64,000 bases of DNA. Source: Tubiluchus corallicola. Its lineage: Eukaryota; Animalia; Priapulida. The notes below the pieces were generated by a model. That model saw only the letters and a list, made by a program, of their open reading frames with translations, had not been told where the DNA came from and made no database searches. Shown piece by piece: positions 1-13,653 of the stretch. Numbering within the stretch: position 1 is the first letter of the stretch; each line of letters opens with the position of its first letter. Location of the stretch: NCBI GenBank assembly GCA_030141605.1, contig JAQGDQ010000037.1:1-64000 (forward strand), written 5' to 3'. Made by a program: the position numbers and the translations under genes.

Positions 1-60
1 ATGTAATGCGTAACTTCACCTATTGTACTTCGTTCAGTTACGTATTGCACCTGGTTTGTT

Positions 61-1030
61 TGCTGTTCCAATTTTTATCTGTGCCATTTTTACCTGTGCC
101 ATTTTTACCTGTGCCATTTTTATCTGCGCCATTTTTACCTGTGCCATTTTTATCGTGCCATTTTTACCTGTGCCATTTTACCTGTGCCATTTTTATCGTG
201 CAATTTTTACCTGTGCCATTTTTATCGTGCCATTTTTACCTGTGCCATTTTACCTGTGCCATTTTTATCTGTGCCATTTTTACTCGTGCCATTTTTATCT
301 GTGCCATTTTTATCTGTGCCATTTTTATCTGTGCCATTTTTACTTGTGTCATTTTACTTGTGCCATTTTTTCATGTGCCATTTTTACATTTTTACCTGTG
401 CCATTTTTACTTGTGCCATTTTACCTGTGCCATTTTTTCCTGTGCCGTTTTTACTTGTGCAATTTTTACTCCTGCCATTTTTACTTGTGCCATTTGTACT
501 TGTGCCATTTTTATCTGTGCCATTTTTACTTGTGTCATTTTTTCTTGTGCCATTTTTTCCTGTGCCATCTTTACTCGTGCCACTTTTTCATGTGCCATTT
601 TTACTTGTGCCATTTTTTGATGTGCCATTTTTACTTGTGCCATTTTTACCTGTGCCATTTTTATCTGTGCCATTTTTACCTGTGCCATTTTTACCTGTGC
701 CATTTTTATCTGTGCCATTTTACCTGTGCCATTTTTTCCTGTGCCGTTTTTACTTGTGCAATTTTTACTCCTGCCATTTTTACATTTTTACCTGTGCCAT
801 TTTTACTTGTGTCATTTTACCTTGTGTCATTTTTTCCTGTGCCATTTTTACTTGTGCCATTTTTCCTGTGCTAATTTTGGTTTGCAAATAATTTCTAAAA
901 TAGTGTTTTTTCAAAAAATATTTTTACTTACAATCATATAAAATACTTATTCTAGTTTATTAAAAAAAAATAAGTTTATTTTAAACTAAGTCAGTATTCT
1001 CAGTACAGTAAATTGTATTACGATGAGTCC
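61..1030 (+). mobile_element. Dispersed non-autonomous element carrying the TGTGCCATTTTTAC minisatellite (copy 1)
   Basis: The ~165-bp flank after the array (TGTGCTAATTTTGGTTTGCAAATAAT...TATTCTAGTTTATT...ATTACGATGAGTCCA) recurs after the same minisatellite at 8593-8760, and in diverged form at ~15638-15810. Confidence 0.7.
64..870. repeat. Minisatellite of ~14-15-bp units (TGTGCCATTTTTAC[C/T])
   Basis: Dozens of near-identical units. The array explains the low-complexity ORFs 6..620, 23..874, 184..891 and 407..718. Confidence 0.95.
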
Positions 1031-1828
1031 ATGAAATTGGAGTTGAAATTTCTTACTGCTAACTTAGACTAAAGAATATAGTTTTCATAAAATTTAGCTA
1101 AAAATGTTAATTATTACACTAATTAAGGTGCATCTAACCCTAAATAGTGTCTAGCAGGGGTAGTACTTGGCACACCTGTTTTTCATACAGCTTACACATG
1201 AATGTGCTGTTCCTTCGAGTGCATCAGAACTGTTTTAAAAGTTAAGAAAAATGTAATTCCGCCCACGCAATAAAAGAAAATAACGTAAAAGAAATAGTGT
1301 CGTAGGACCTTTAATATATATGATACGTCTAAATATGTTTTAAGCGTAAGTATATAATCTGCCCTTTTATAACCTTTGTAATATACCAGATAGTATGGCT
1401 TCATACAAGATGATATAGTCGATGCACGGTAAAAATGCCACAGGATAAACGGCATTTTTACATTTTACATTTTACTTGTGCCATTTTAACTACATTGTTA
1501 TGCAAAGTCTGTAGAGGGAGATTCCACTGTACATATCAGAGTTGTTCTTGTGCGCTGTTCTAATAATGCGTCATAATGTAAACAATAATTGTAGAATGTA
1601 TTATTCAAGCGTGGTTAGATATGGAATCCATATGAAATATTTGAACAGATATGGTGAACTTGAGCTGAAATTTCTAAAGTTATATATCCTTAAAACGTGC
1701 CATATGTACTGCTAATATAAACAGTTTTGATTGTTCATGGAATAAAGCAAATATTGATCTTTTCCGTATTGTTTACAAACGTCACAGATTATTTTAAACA
1801 AGTTTTGCAAATTTGCTGAAACAGAAAG

Positions 1829-2781
1829 ATGGTGTGGATGTTTATCACGTATTTCTCGGCTCTTGTAACTGCTTCCCTATCGACATATTATTGCAAAAAA
1901 ACAATTCATGGCTGTAGCTTTTGGACAGATGTGAGAGATAAAAAGGAAATTTGCGTAGTAGACTGCCAACGAATAGCTACAAAACATGATCTTGCAAACA
2001 TAGATAAAAATTTGGGAAGTCTGCATGATGGATTATACGAAGTTTTAATATTGGGCTACCAAGGAAGTGAGTTGCCTGAAAATTTTTTTCAGGGAAAGAT
2101 TATGCCAGAAAGTACCTTGCTCATAAAAGAGGGCAACTTAGCTCGTTTAGAACAAAATTCGATAAATGGTCATGTAAATGTGTTGGGCATTGAAGCGACG
2201 AGTCTTTCTTACATACATCCAGAAGCCTTCAAAAGTATAAATGTCTCCAAGATTTTCATCGAAGATAATGAATATTTGACTGGAACCATTGAGTTTGATT
2301 TCTCTGAAAATCCGTACTTAGTCGAATTGCATCTTTTGCGAAACAGAATTCAAGGACTGAAGCCTATTAAACTTCACAATAGCATTCCGCCTGAAAATGT
2401 GACGATTAAGATATTGGGTAAGTTGACGGCAGGTTTTCAGTTTAGCGACGTAACGATGGCATAACTGCGAGTTTTCAGAAATAATTTAATACAAATCAGT
2501 ACTATTATTTCGCAAGGAGTATTATAATTCGGTATTTCAGATTTAACATTCAGAATTTCATGCAACTTAATGTAACTTTGACATTCAAATGTTTTTTAAT
2601 TTCTAGGTGAACAAATGAGATGCGACTGCAACTTAACTTGGATTATGTTACCCCCATGGACGGATGCTACAGTTTGCGTTGACTGCGTATATCCTGAAAG
2701 TGTCTCATATCCTGCATATCCTGAAAGTGTCTCCTGTGCTATACTTAATGATTTTGACTGTGATGGCTGCGACTGTAGTGT

Positions 2782-2813
<32 letters not shown>

Positions 2814-3186
2814 AAACACCAATACCAACAACAACAACAGTACCAACAACATCAGCAACAACGGCAACAAAAACAACAACACCAACAACATCAACAACAA
2901 AGACGACGATAACAACAACAACAACGATAACGACAATGACAACAACAACAACCACAACAACAACAAAAACAACAACAACAACAACATCAACATCAGAAAC
3001 ACCAATACCAACAACATCAACAACAGCGACAACAACAACAACAACATCAACATCAGAAACACCAATACCAACAACATCAACAACAGCGACAACAACAACA
3101 ACAACATCAACATCAGAAACACCAATACCAACAACATCAACAACAGCGACAACAACAACAACAACAACAAAAACTACAACACCAGC

Positions 3187-3229
<43 letters not shown>

Positions 3230-3289
3230 GCAGCAGTACCAACAACATCAGCAACAACGGCAACACCATCAACATCAACAACAAAGACG

Positions 3290-3321
<32 letters not shown>

Positions 3322-3480
3322 AACAACAACAACAACGATAACAACAATGACAAAGACCAAGACAACGAAGACGACAGCAACAACAATTCCAACAACATCA
3401 ACAACAATGACAACAACAACAACAACAACAACAAAAACTACAACACCAGAAACATCAACAACAACAACAACAACAACAAT

Positions 3481-3519
<39 letters not shown>

Positions 3520-4096
3520 ACCAACAACATCAGCAACAACGACAACAAAAACAACAATGACAACAAAAACAACAACACCAACAACATCAACAACAACAAC
3601 AACGATAACGACAATGACAAAGACCAAGACAACGAAAACGACAGCAACATCAATTCCAACAACAGCAACGAAAACAATATCAACGACAATCAAACACCAA
3701 ATACAAACAATGACAAGAACCTCATCCTTGGTACTCATCATCATCGCCATCGTCATCGTCATTGTCATAGTCATTATAATGATCGTCGTCGCCATCAAAA
3801 CCTGCACACTACCACTACAATTATCATCATCATCATTACCACTACCACCACCATTACCATTGCCACCATCATCATCACCACCACCACTACCACCACCATT
3901 ACCACTTCCACCATCATCATCACCACCACCACTACCACCACCATTACCATTGTCACCATCATCATCACCACCACCACTACCACCACCATTACCATTGCCA
4001 CCACCATCATCACCACCACCACTACCACCACCATCGTCGTCTTCACCATTACCATCACCACCATCAGTATCACCACCACCACTGCCACCATCATAA
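1829..4096 (+). CDS. Leucine-rich-repeat surface protein: signal peptide, LRR-like region, LRRCT, Thr-rich mucin stalk, TM helix, Pro-rich tail; exons 1829-2417 and 2607-4096
   Basis: Hydrophobic N-terminus and LRR-like segments (LSYIHPEAF; LVELHLLRNRIQGL). A phase-1 intron G|gtaagt (2418) ... ttctag|GT (2606) joins in frame to GEQMRCDCNLTW, which fits LRRCT CxCxLxW. Poly-Thr, a hydrophobic SLVLIIIAIVIVIVIVIIMIVVAI segment and PPPLPPP repeats follow, ending at TAA 4094-4096. The 3' extent through the microsatellite is less certain. Confidence 0.65.
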
Positions 4097-4130
4097 TCAT
4101 CATTATCATCATCATCCTCATCACTATATC
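2781..4130. repeat. Compound trinucleotide microsatellite (ACA)n then (ATC/GTC)n then (CCA/TCA)n, with a 60-bp unit repeated three times at ~2985-3165
   Basis: Visible directly; the lines at 3001, 3061 and 3121 are nearly identical. Confidence 0.95.
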
Positions 4131-6094
4131 TACCACTGCCATCATTAATGTGGTATTGACAACATTTTTCATGATTGCACATCATCAAGTGCGTTAATGT
4201 ATTTTTTATCATCATGTATCATGTTTTATATCATGTATCATGTAATTTTAATACTACAGTACATTGTCATTATTAATTAACATTGTCATTTCTAGAATGC
4301 TGCGGGGCATAAAACTACGTACCCGCTTAACACTGTAGTTGTCTCTACCGTTCCACTATCAACTTTTATGTTTTGATACAGATCTGGTTTGCTTGCAACA
4401 TGAACGCTATTTTACATTACAAACAACAACAATAACAGCAGCAACAGCAACAACGACGATAACAACAACAACAGCCAACACATCAACGTCATCGACAGCA
4501 ACAACGACAAGTGACGACGACGGTTTTGACCGTGGCGATGGCGACGACAATGACAAAAACAAAAACATCAATGAGGACAATGACAATGAAGTCTCTGGTC
4601 AGCAGTTCGAAAGGCAAGATTAACTTAAATGCTCAGCTAAGATGATATTTTCTTTATAATATTTAAGATGACAGTAAAATAAACCAACATGCTAAGTGAC
4701 TTGTGTTTCCTTTAGTTTGTGCATTAACAATATTATAAATTACTTGCTTTCAATTTCAAATTGTTATGTTGGTAGAGTGTTGTAATTTATGTATGCCCAT
4801 TTCAGTACCTAAACCAACGACTTATCTCCTGCAGCAAAAGAATTAAAAACAGTAAAAAGGCTTCTGCTTCAGTCAGTTTTGAACCAAAACTCCTTAAATG
4901 GTAAGGGGAGATGTTTCCCCTACACTAAAGAATCATACACGTGAAACAAAATTCAACTTTTATTGTAGATGTGACGAATTACCTGGCAAATTGAATCTGA
5001 ATCTGCCTTAACTGGCTTCTTACTCTGCTTGGAACTATTTTATTGTTCACAATAGTAGACAATTAAGTGATGTAAACTTTAAAAACACGTGCAACTGTAA
5101 CAAAAACTAGATGTCCTAAAATTTTTTATATTTTATGCATGAAGGAAAATAATAGCTGTTCATTACAAAAATGTTGTTTATGACAGTGGCTATAGCTGCT
5201 TGCTGGTTATTGTTGTCTATTGTGTTGGTGGTTGTGGCTCGTGAAGCTTGCGTGCGGAACAGCCACAATGGGCATGGCAAACTATCAAGATCTTGTTTAG
5301 CAAACTGCCCGTTTATTTAACACCAAGTACAAACATAAGAAGATGGTGATACCAGCACTTCGTCTTCAAGACAACTCCTAATCTGCCTAGATGAGAGCCT
5401 CGAATTGCTTTTGTCTAACTACCTAATGCGCACTGAACTTCTGCGCATAGAGGTTACCGCATCAGTCTATTCTCCTGGCCAAGTCAGTCGAACATCAGCC
5501 GATCATCACTTGATATGCCACACCTGACTGGGCTTCTAGCCAAGACAATTATTTAATTTTGCATCGTCAAGGATTTAATCTTGAACTAATAACTTAATAA
5601 TAGCAAAGGGCAAGCAAAAGTTTTGCATATAAATACACTTATAATCAATAATACGCAAACATCCTACATAATCCTCATTTATAATGCAAAGCCAGCAGCA
5701 ACATTTACTGAATTAAAACTATAATGCTACTAGCCAAACTCGCAAAAATAATTTTGCATGTAAACTCACAACATCAACCCACACAACCACCCGCTACCCC
5801 ACTCAGCTCATACCACCCACGCCACACCAACCCACCATTCCACTACACCATCCTAGTACAAATAATAGAAACCCAGGTAAATTACCTCGCATATAAGAGA
5901 CCCTATGATCAAAGCGAAATTGATCGATTTTTAACCTCAATTTTTCGCAAACTCGGCCTTCGAACAGCTCGGTGTCCACAGTCACATACATCTCGCATCA
6001 CTGAAGGAGCTTCCTACACACCGTTTGCACTGAATGTGTAGCAATAATCCATAAAAATATGGGTAAAAGTACAGGTCTAGATACACCCTCGGTC

Positions 6095-6182
6095 TGACTC
6101 AACTTCGGTTACAAGGTACATCGGATATAAGGGACGATTTTTCCCGCTCCCGTGGTGTCCCTTAGATCCGATGTTGACTGTA
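6095..6182. mobile_element. Small Tc1/pogo-type MITE remnant
   Basis: Imperfect inverted ends (TCAACTTCGGTTACAAGG / CCTTAGATCCGATGTTGACTG-TA), with the CTG+TA terminus typical of pogo-like MITEs. Confidence 0.5.
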
Positions 6183-8336
6183 TATAATAACTGCTCTTTA
6201 AATTAACTTTCAATAAGTTAATTAACTAAGTTAGCTAAGTTTAATAAAATTTTGTATACACATTATCACCAGTTATTATCAATAATTATGTGGCCTAATA
6301 ACACTGTGATTTTGGGATAAAAATTCTGTTTATACACCCAAACCTCATTATAATGCTCTCCTTTGTAAAGCCCAAACTCGTTCAATGCCCAAATTTTTAG
6401 CAAAATAGGGTAGCTACGTTTGCTTCAGACATGTGTGCATTAATGCGCCTTATTACATTGAAACACTGATTTAACACCATCTATGAAGAATTTCTGAAGG
6501 TAATTGCTAAGACATCAGAATACAGGTAGAATTCAAGTAAAATACAGGTGAGCTTTATTTATATAAATCATTACTAACACTATACATTGCTGTCTCAGTT
6601 TAAGTCACATGCTTACTCAATGATCTCTGAAAGCCAACTGACCAGGTAAGTTTTTTCTATGAAGCAAGGAAGCCAGCAATTCAATGAAGGTAAATGTTAT
6701 GCATACTAGTTCAAGGATGAAAGTTTAGACTGTATATAAAGAAATAGACTTATTTTATAGCTGAAATTTCTTGTGTGGGATTTTTAATGTTTTAACAAGA
6801 GAATGTAATAATATGACTAATGATCATAATTAAGAACTAATAAAAAATAAGATAAAGAAATTGTGAGCTTCACGACACCATCTTTTTTGCAGTATAAGGA
6901 AGTTTGATTGTAGAACATTTTGACACCATAAATGAAAGAAAATAAGTTGTTAGAAATGACTACTGTAACAGTTAATAAGCAACAACAAAATTGTCTTCTT
7001 TACCTTATCTTCATTGTTATCAGTTATTAAGGTGGTTTAAAAAGAATTTCTGCCTGTGTGATATGACAGGTTGTGTGATAATGGCAAGCAGCATATCTGC
7101 CTGTGGAATCTGTCGACTTTAAAACTTTTTTTATTTCATTTTTATCTTGTGATTTTAATAATTGTCAATAAATTTAAATAAGCAATATAAAGCAGAAAAC
7201 TTTTGACACTTTATAGTAACAAAAGTTACCTCTTTAACCAAGTTGGAATGCTTCTGCGACCTTCATACTAAATTATACAAGCTAAATAAATACATATTAT
7301 TTACATACACATAAATATATAAATAAATACATGGATGCGATGTGAAAATATTAATATAAAAAACAAAAAATACATTAAAAAAATAGATCAACATTGCTAA
7401 TGATATATCGCAAAAACGATATGCTAATATAAAATGAAAATATTAATATAAAAAACAAAAAATACATTAAAAAATAGAACAACATTGCTAATGATATGGT
7501 GATCCAAGTACGAATTTTACTAAATTTACTACGATAAAGACATCCTAACATTTGTTGAAACTGCTTCACGTCAGAGGTCAAAAATCCAGGTCACACAGCT
7601 GATGTCGCGAACTGATTGATTTACATAATTTATTCGCGAGCAACCTGTGGAGTCTATGGACCCAAGGCATTTTGTGTTTTGTATTTGTAATTGAAACAAA
7701 CAGTTCTACTTGTTCGTCCTTTTTGTGTAGGTCAGTAGAACTACATTACTTGTTGGCGCATCAATAAGGCGGACTACTTGTGAAAAGCAGAAAACGTGTA
7801 CTTCAGTTGAATTTTGTTGAAATAAAGCTTCGAAAAGGCTTTGGTATAATATAAACAAGCGTAATGTGGAATTTATGCTTTAGCTACAGCATTATAAAGA
7901 GGCGTTTTGGTTTAGTCTTTGCTGCGTTTGTTTTCCCGGATATCAACTGGTGGAACGTTACTTAACAGGCGTTTATTTTGCATATCAGAGGGCCTGTGAG
8001 AAGTGGTGCCCATTTCCCCACTCGCAAGGTAACGTTTCTTCATTAAATTTATTTACAAGATTCACAAATAAATAAACTCCGTAGAGGTGTCTCTCGTATT
8101 CTAGAGCAGTCGTGTAAGTGTGTAGAGGATCTCGAAGATTTCAGCATATGAAGAGCACCCGTATTGCTGCTTGCCAGGAGGCAATTCTTAACACATTTAA
8201 CAATAAGAACTCCATGCAGTGTCAAGCAGATATTTAACATTTAGAACGATATATTGTTTGCAGTTATACTTTTGTAATTAAGGGAACAATTCTTAAATTA
8301 GTATAATTCGAAACATTTATATTTGTACTTACGTAT

Positions 8337-8760
8337 GGCAGTACAAATTTTTACTTGTGCTATTTTTACTTGTGCCATTTTTTCCTGTGCCATTTTTACT
8401 TGTGCAATTCTTTCCTGTGCCATTTTCAGTTGTACCATTTTTACTTGTGCCATTTTTACTTGCCATTTTTTCCTGTGCCATTTTTACTTGTGCCATTTTT
8501 TCCTGTGCCATTTTTACTTGCCATTTTTACTTGTGCCATTTTTACTTGTGTTATTTTTATTTGTGCCATTTTTACTTACGCCATTTTTTTCTGTGCTAAT
8601 TTTGGTTTGCAAATAATGCTAAAATAGCGTTTTTTATAAAAAATATTTTTACTTACAATCATATAAAATACTTATTCTAGTTTATTAAAAAAAATAAAAT
8701 AAGTTGATTTTAAACCAAGTCAGTATTCTAAGTACAGTAAAGCATATTACGATGAGTCCA
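8337..8760 (+). mobile_element. Minisatellite-carrying dispersed element (copy 2)
   Basis: TGTGCCATTTTTAC array at 8345-8590 followed by the same flank as 867-1030. Confidence 0.75.
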
Positions 8761-9379
8761 GGCGAATTAGAGGGTAGTTTCAATTTAGAGAGGCCCATGA
8801 TTTTCTCAGAAGGCCCAGAGGATTATAATCCGGCCATATTTGTGGTAGATCAAAATCAAAATGAAAGCAAAAAAGAATGGTTTGTACTTATTACACACAA
8901 CAAAAAATAAGCAAACCACGTGAGTAGAATTAGGAAGAGCAGAGAAATTGAGAAGTTTTATGACAGTTATAAGCGATAACAAAAGTCTACATAAGAATAA
9001 GAAAAACAATTTACGATTGGCTGGATTTTGGGCAGTAGTAAGAACAGGATGGTTATTGGCAGGACTGATAGGGTCACAGAATTGAGCTAATGTCATTTTA
9101 TCTTCATCGTGGCTGTGAAACGGAACGTAGCAGTCAAATATCGACTCCATTCACGAATCTTCTTTCAGCCATTTCATACTGCAGTTGCAAAAAAGCGATT
9201 TCCTGAAAAAAGTTAAAAATTGAAAAACTCCAATGTGCCGTTTGTGCAAAACATAGAAAATTCAGTTTGCTTAATTAACAAAAAATCCAGCAATTTAGAA
9301 AAAACTCATTAGCTAAAAATATTGTATCTTATTATAAGTATAGATGTGAACTGAGGCTTTTAATAGCTGCATTCTTTAA

Positions 9380-10064
9380 AGGACAAGAAGAAGGGTACCT
9401 GAAGTAGGTTTCAGAAAAATCGCCTTAAAAAATGATATTACTTTATAGCAATTTTATGCGTATATCTTACTCGCACTGAAAGGAATTTTAGTTTGTTTTC
9501 ATTTTAAATCTCCCGCAATATTGTTCCGAAGTCGCCATTACATGACGTCATGTACCAAACGTAAATCAAGGGAAGAAAAGGCAATGTTAAATTATGTCTC
9601 AAAAGACTTTCCATGCAAATCTATATTACTTAGATTTTCGCTTACCTGCTAGAAAGACTTATGTAACTAGAAAAGAAAATTATTAATTGTTTAAAGTGTG
9701 TTCACCAATTGGCAAAATGTCGCTGACTCACCCTCCAGGGTGCACCACTCACTAACCAAAAAACATATTTTTAATCTTATTGACAAGATACAGTAATTTA
9801 ACATTTTATTTAGTTAGTGACTTGAGCGCTACGAATGCTCTGATTATTTTTTCAAACTTTACACAATGTTGTCTAAACTTGTTTCAAATGACCTGTCGTG
9901 AAAATGGCTACATCTAACGGTCATCGCGGGAGTTTAAATTTACATGTTTTACACAGCGTGACTGCTGATTGAAGTCCTGTATGTACAAAAAGCAGTATGT
10001 AAGTGATATAAAATTTCAAAACGAATTTTTTAAGCTTTATGTTTATGAAGGGTTTTCTTGTGCT
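9380..10064 (+). mobile_element. TTAA-target non-autonomous DNA transposon (Kolobok-like MITE), copy 1
   Basis: Bounded by TTAA|AGGACAAGAA...TTCTTGTGCT|TTAA. It is the reverse complement of 13654-14341 along its whole length. Confidence 0.8.
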
Positions 10065-10696
10065 TTAAGGGCACAAGACACAAACTAAAATAAATTACAC
10101 AAAGTTTAAAACTGTAGGAACTACGATCTTTTTTATTGTCATAAGTACTTTACAAATTTTTCTGGACGATAATTCGACGACCGTCTGGCTGCCATTTTGC
10201 TTTAAAACAACTAAATTAAAACTTTTACAAAACTTTATATTCTGCTCATAGATCTGCATGTAACAATTTTGTCCTCTTTGTAACGATTTCCTGGATATTT
10301 TTTTTATAATTATAAGCAGTCGTTTTCGGGAATCAGTGCATTCATTCTCCATATTTTCAACATCAAATTTTGCTTACGTCTTGCAGCGAAAGAGCGAGTG
10401 TTCGTAAGAAAATGTGTTGCGTCATCAAGGTAGGCGGGGCTAAACGCAGCTTGGGAACTGCGTGTTCTTCCTACGACTTCGAGTCAAATTAAAGTTTCTG
10501 ACGATATTTTTGTCATCTCTTTTCTGATTGTCAAGTACATGCCCAATATACTTACTTTAGAAATGCGTCACCTGTTGGTAAATTGCTCATTGGTTAGTTT
10601 AAACATAATTTATTATAGGATTGGATCAGACAGTTTGAACAACATGATTAACGATCCTCACCACAACAGACTTTATACACTATTTACAAGAACATA

Positions 10697-10987
10697 TACA
10701 GTAAGAATTTACTATAACTACACAAGCTGACAAGTTTTACTACAAGATTACATTAGACATTAGTAACATTTACAGTAAGAATAGACTATAACTACACAAG
10801 CTAACAAGTTTTACTACAAAATTACATTAGACATTAGTAACATTTACAGTAAGAATAGGCTATAACTACACAAGCTGACAAGTTTTACTACAAGATTACA
10901 TTAGACATTAGTAACATTTACTGTAAGAATAGACTATAACTATACAAGCTGACAAGTTTTACTACAATAATACATTAGACATTAGTA
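10697..10987. repeat. 74-bp tandem repeat, four copies (probable LINE 3' UTR repeats)
   Basis: The anchor C(A/T)GTAAGAAT occurs at 10699, 10773, 10847 and 10921. The array lies 3' of a minus-strand LINE ORF2 end. Confidence 0.9.
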
Positions 10988-12500
10988 GAAAATGACGGTT
11001 AGTAAATATTGATGTACGAATATTTAAGACTGATGCATTTCATATCAGATAGAAACTACTGGAAGCGTTTAGTACGTAATATAAAGTCATGTATACATTG
11101 GAATATTTTACAGTTAGCAACACAGTTAAATTCATCTTTTCCGAATAATAACAACTTCAACAGATCATTAGTTCCTAAGGCAGCTATATTAAGGTTTTCA
11201 GGCAGAAGTATTTCATTTAATTTATCAAACATAACAACCCTAGTTTGTTGATACAATGCTCATTTGTTTAACGGAAAGTACTTTAGATTTCTATCACTGA
11301 TGTCATTGTCTTTTACAGACTGATTATAAATAAACTTTTAGGTAAAATTCTATTCAATACAATTACAATACAATTACAAATTTACAAACAGGAGAGTACA
11401 AACCCAAGGTGCATGCTTGCTTAGTTTATTACATCCTAACAATGTCTAGTGAGATTTTTATTGCTGTTACTCTTTTATTACACTCTTTGTGTAATCTTAA
11501 TCAAGTTATCTTAATTTTACATTCTATTAACAAATAATAGTCTTTCTATCTTTTATATCATCTCATATATGAGCTTCATTCATTACATCATTCCATTTTA
11601 AGCACTAATGTTTTTTTATCAAGGTTCACTTTAAATTTTCAGATTATTTCCATTACTTTTTTTCTTTCACTGTGTGGGACAATCTAACAAGACCTGCTTT
11701 TTGATTGCCCGCAACACATTTACATTTATATATAGGTGAACAAGCCCTGCTTTTTGATTGCCCGCAACACATTTACATTTATATATAAGTGAACAGTGTT
11801 TGAGGCTTTTCCTGTGCAGTATTTCTTATTTGTATTACGTTCATTGTAGGCCCTTTCACTAGATATTGTACGTGAAACTATTGTAAATGTGTAATGTGAA
11901 ATAAATGACTTATGACTTATACAGTGAAATCTGTTTAGTTGTTTTTTGCTTTGTGATATGCAACATATGTGCAATGTAGTTTCGGCAAGGTAACATTTGA
12001 ACTTAGAGGACAAATGTAAGACAACGAAAAACACTGTGAAGGTGACATTACTGCAAGAATGAGGACGCGGCTTATCAAAATGCAATAAAAACTTAACATA
12101 TATAAAGACCAACTTCTTGTGTAAGTAGAAGTGGGTACCGAAGCGAGGGGCAGCTCGTAGATATTGCAGACATTGTAAATCTGTTTGTAATCCGTTCCTA
12201 TTGTTTCATGGACTAAGTAAGTACACAGATCTTTACTATAGTAATTTGACGTGTAATTATGTAATATAGTCATGTTAACTCAACTCTTGCAAGTGCTTCA
12301 AGCTGATGTACAGTTAGTAACATAGTTAAATTCGTCTTTTCCAAATAATAACAACTTCAACAGATCATTAGTTCCTAAGGCAGCTATATTAAGGTTTTCG
12401 GGCAGAAGTATTTCATTTAATTTATCAAACATAACAACCTTAGTTTGTTGATACAATGGGCAGTGCAACAAAAAGTGTTTAACAGACTCAAATCGAAATC
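10697..12500 (-). mobile_element. Stacked 3' fragments of CR1/L2-type LINEs
   Basis: Minus-strand translation gives ESVKHFLLHCPLYQQTKVVMFDKLNEILL...LLKLLLFG at 12310-12500, duplicated at 11105-11256. This resembles the His/Cys C-terminal end of non-LTR ORF2. Confidence 0.6.
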
Positions 12501-13194
12501 CACGGTTTCAATTCAGCAATACTGGATGACCGTTATTATCTTTACTGCCTTTAGAGAAATTTGCGCGCAGTTTAAAAATTTGAAAAGTTCTCCGTAAAGA
12601 AAAAATCATAGCCTATTTCGTCAGTCCTGTCAATTTCAATGTGCAATGCTATTGGAGGTTGTTCCACATTTCTTTTGCTTTGTGGTTCGAAACCTTGCAA
12701 GTACGCTTTTTATTTTATGTAATATTAATTTTAACATTAATGCTTCACAACGAAACCCCACAAACTTTTTTTAATTTGGTTAATCTCTTGCTGCACATCA
12801 ATTTTAGATTTTTCACAAAATAAATTAATCCTTACTAGCTATCGTTTAAAAATAGCAACACTGTCAATTTCTTTTTGTTGTTTGTGTAAACAGTCGAAAT
12901 AATTCCAACCCTTTCATTTCTAATTTGTTTTTGTTTGTTGACAAACAGATGTAAAATGGAGTGGCCTGTCATGTACAAAGATAGAAAACATGAATTGGAA
13001 AGAGGAGGGGATGGTGTTATCAGATTTAAAGGAGTGTACGACAAGTTGCTGCCTGCATTCAAAAGAGGAGAGATGATTGTTAAGCCAGACGACATTTACA
13101 TTTGTGGTTACCTCCAAGCTGGTTTGTATTCTTGTTCAAGTTGCACTGCATCAAACAGTAATAATGGTGTCTTTTTATACTGCACATCTGTATA

Positions 13195-13430
13195 ATCTAT
13201 CTGTCTATCTATCTGTCAACTGGTCTTCTGTCTGTCTAATTATGTATTTAGTAGCCTATCTGCCTTTCTTTGTGCTTGCCTGTTTGACGCCTGTCTGTCT
13301 ATCTGTCTGTCTGCCTGCTTACATGCCTACCTGTCTGTGTGTCTGCCTATTCTGTCTTGTCTGACTGTCAGTCTGCTATATGCTGGTTTTTCAGTCTGTC
13401 TTTCTGTTTGTCTGTTGGTCAGTCTGTCTG
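13195..13430. repeat. Degenerate (TCTG)n microsatellite in SULT intron 1
   Basis: Visible directly. Confidence 0.85.
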
Positions 13431-13653
13431 TTCCTTCGTACATTTGTCCATCCTCCGGTTTTATTGCCAGAGTTTTAAACACCCATACGAAGTATGCATG
13501 CTCATAAAGTAGATACTTTGTTTACATCCTTCTTTAGTGAACCAATTTCCAAAATTTGGTAATTATTGATCGTCTTTGATTCTTTTTTTAATAAAAGAAA
13601 ACCAAAAACAGGAATGCTTAGATAAGATACATCATCAAGGAACAGTGACTTAA

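Noticed and set aside
6-941. Overlapping ORFs up to 283 aa (CAIFT, CHFYL and VPFL repeats), also at 8323-8627
   Set aside because: They are translations of a 14-15-bp minisatellite that is open in several frames.
1018-1055. CGATGAGTCCATGAAATTGGAGTTGAAA resembling a hammerhead ribozyme core
   Set aside because: It lacks the CTGA start and an intact stem II-GAAA junction, and is not conserved in the copy at 8750.
2596-4215. 539-aa minus-strand Val/Gly-rich ORF
   Set aside because: It is the antisense shadow of the microsatellite; the splice signals and LRRCT motif support the plus strand.
4834-4994. Possible extra small exons (4834-4900, 4969-4994) for the LRR gene
   Set aside because: Splice sites are plausible, but I found no matching phase-1 donor upstream and no recognisable protein motif.
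8806-9150. 114-aa hydrophobic minus-strand ORF
   Set aside because: No recognisable motif or splice context; hydrophobic bias is expected from T-rich sequence.
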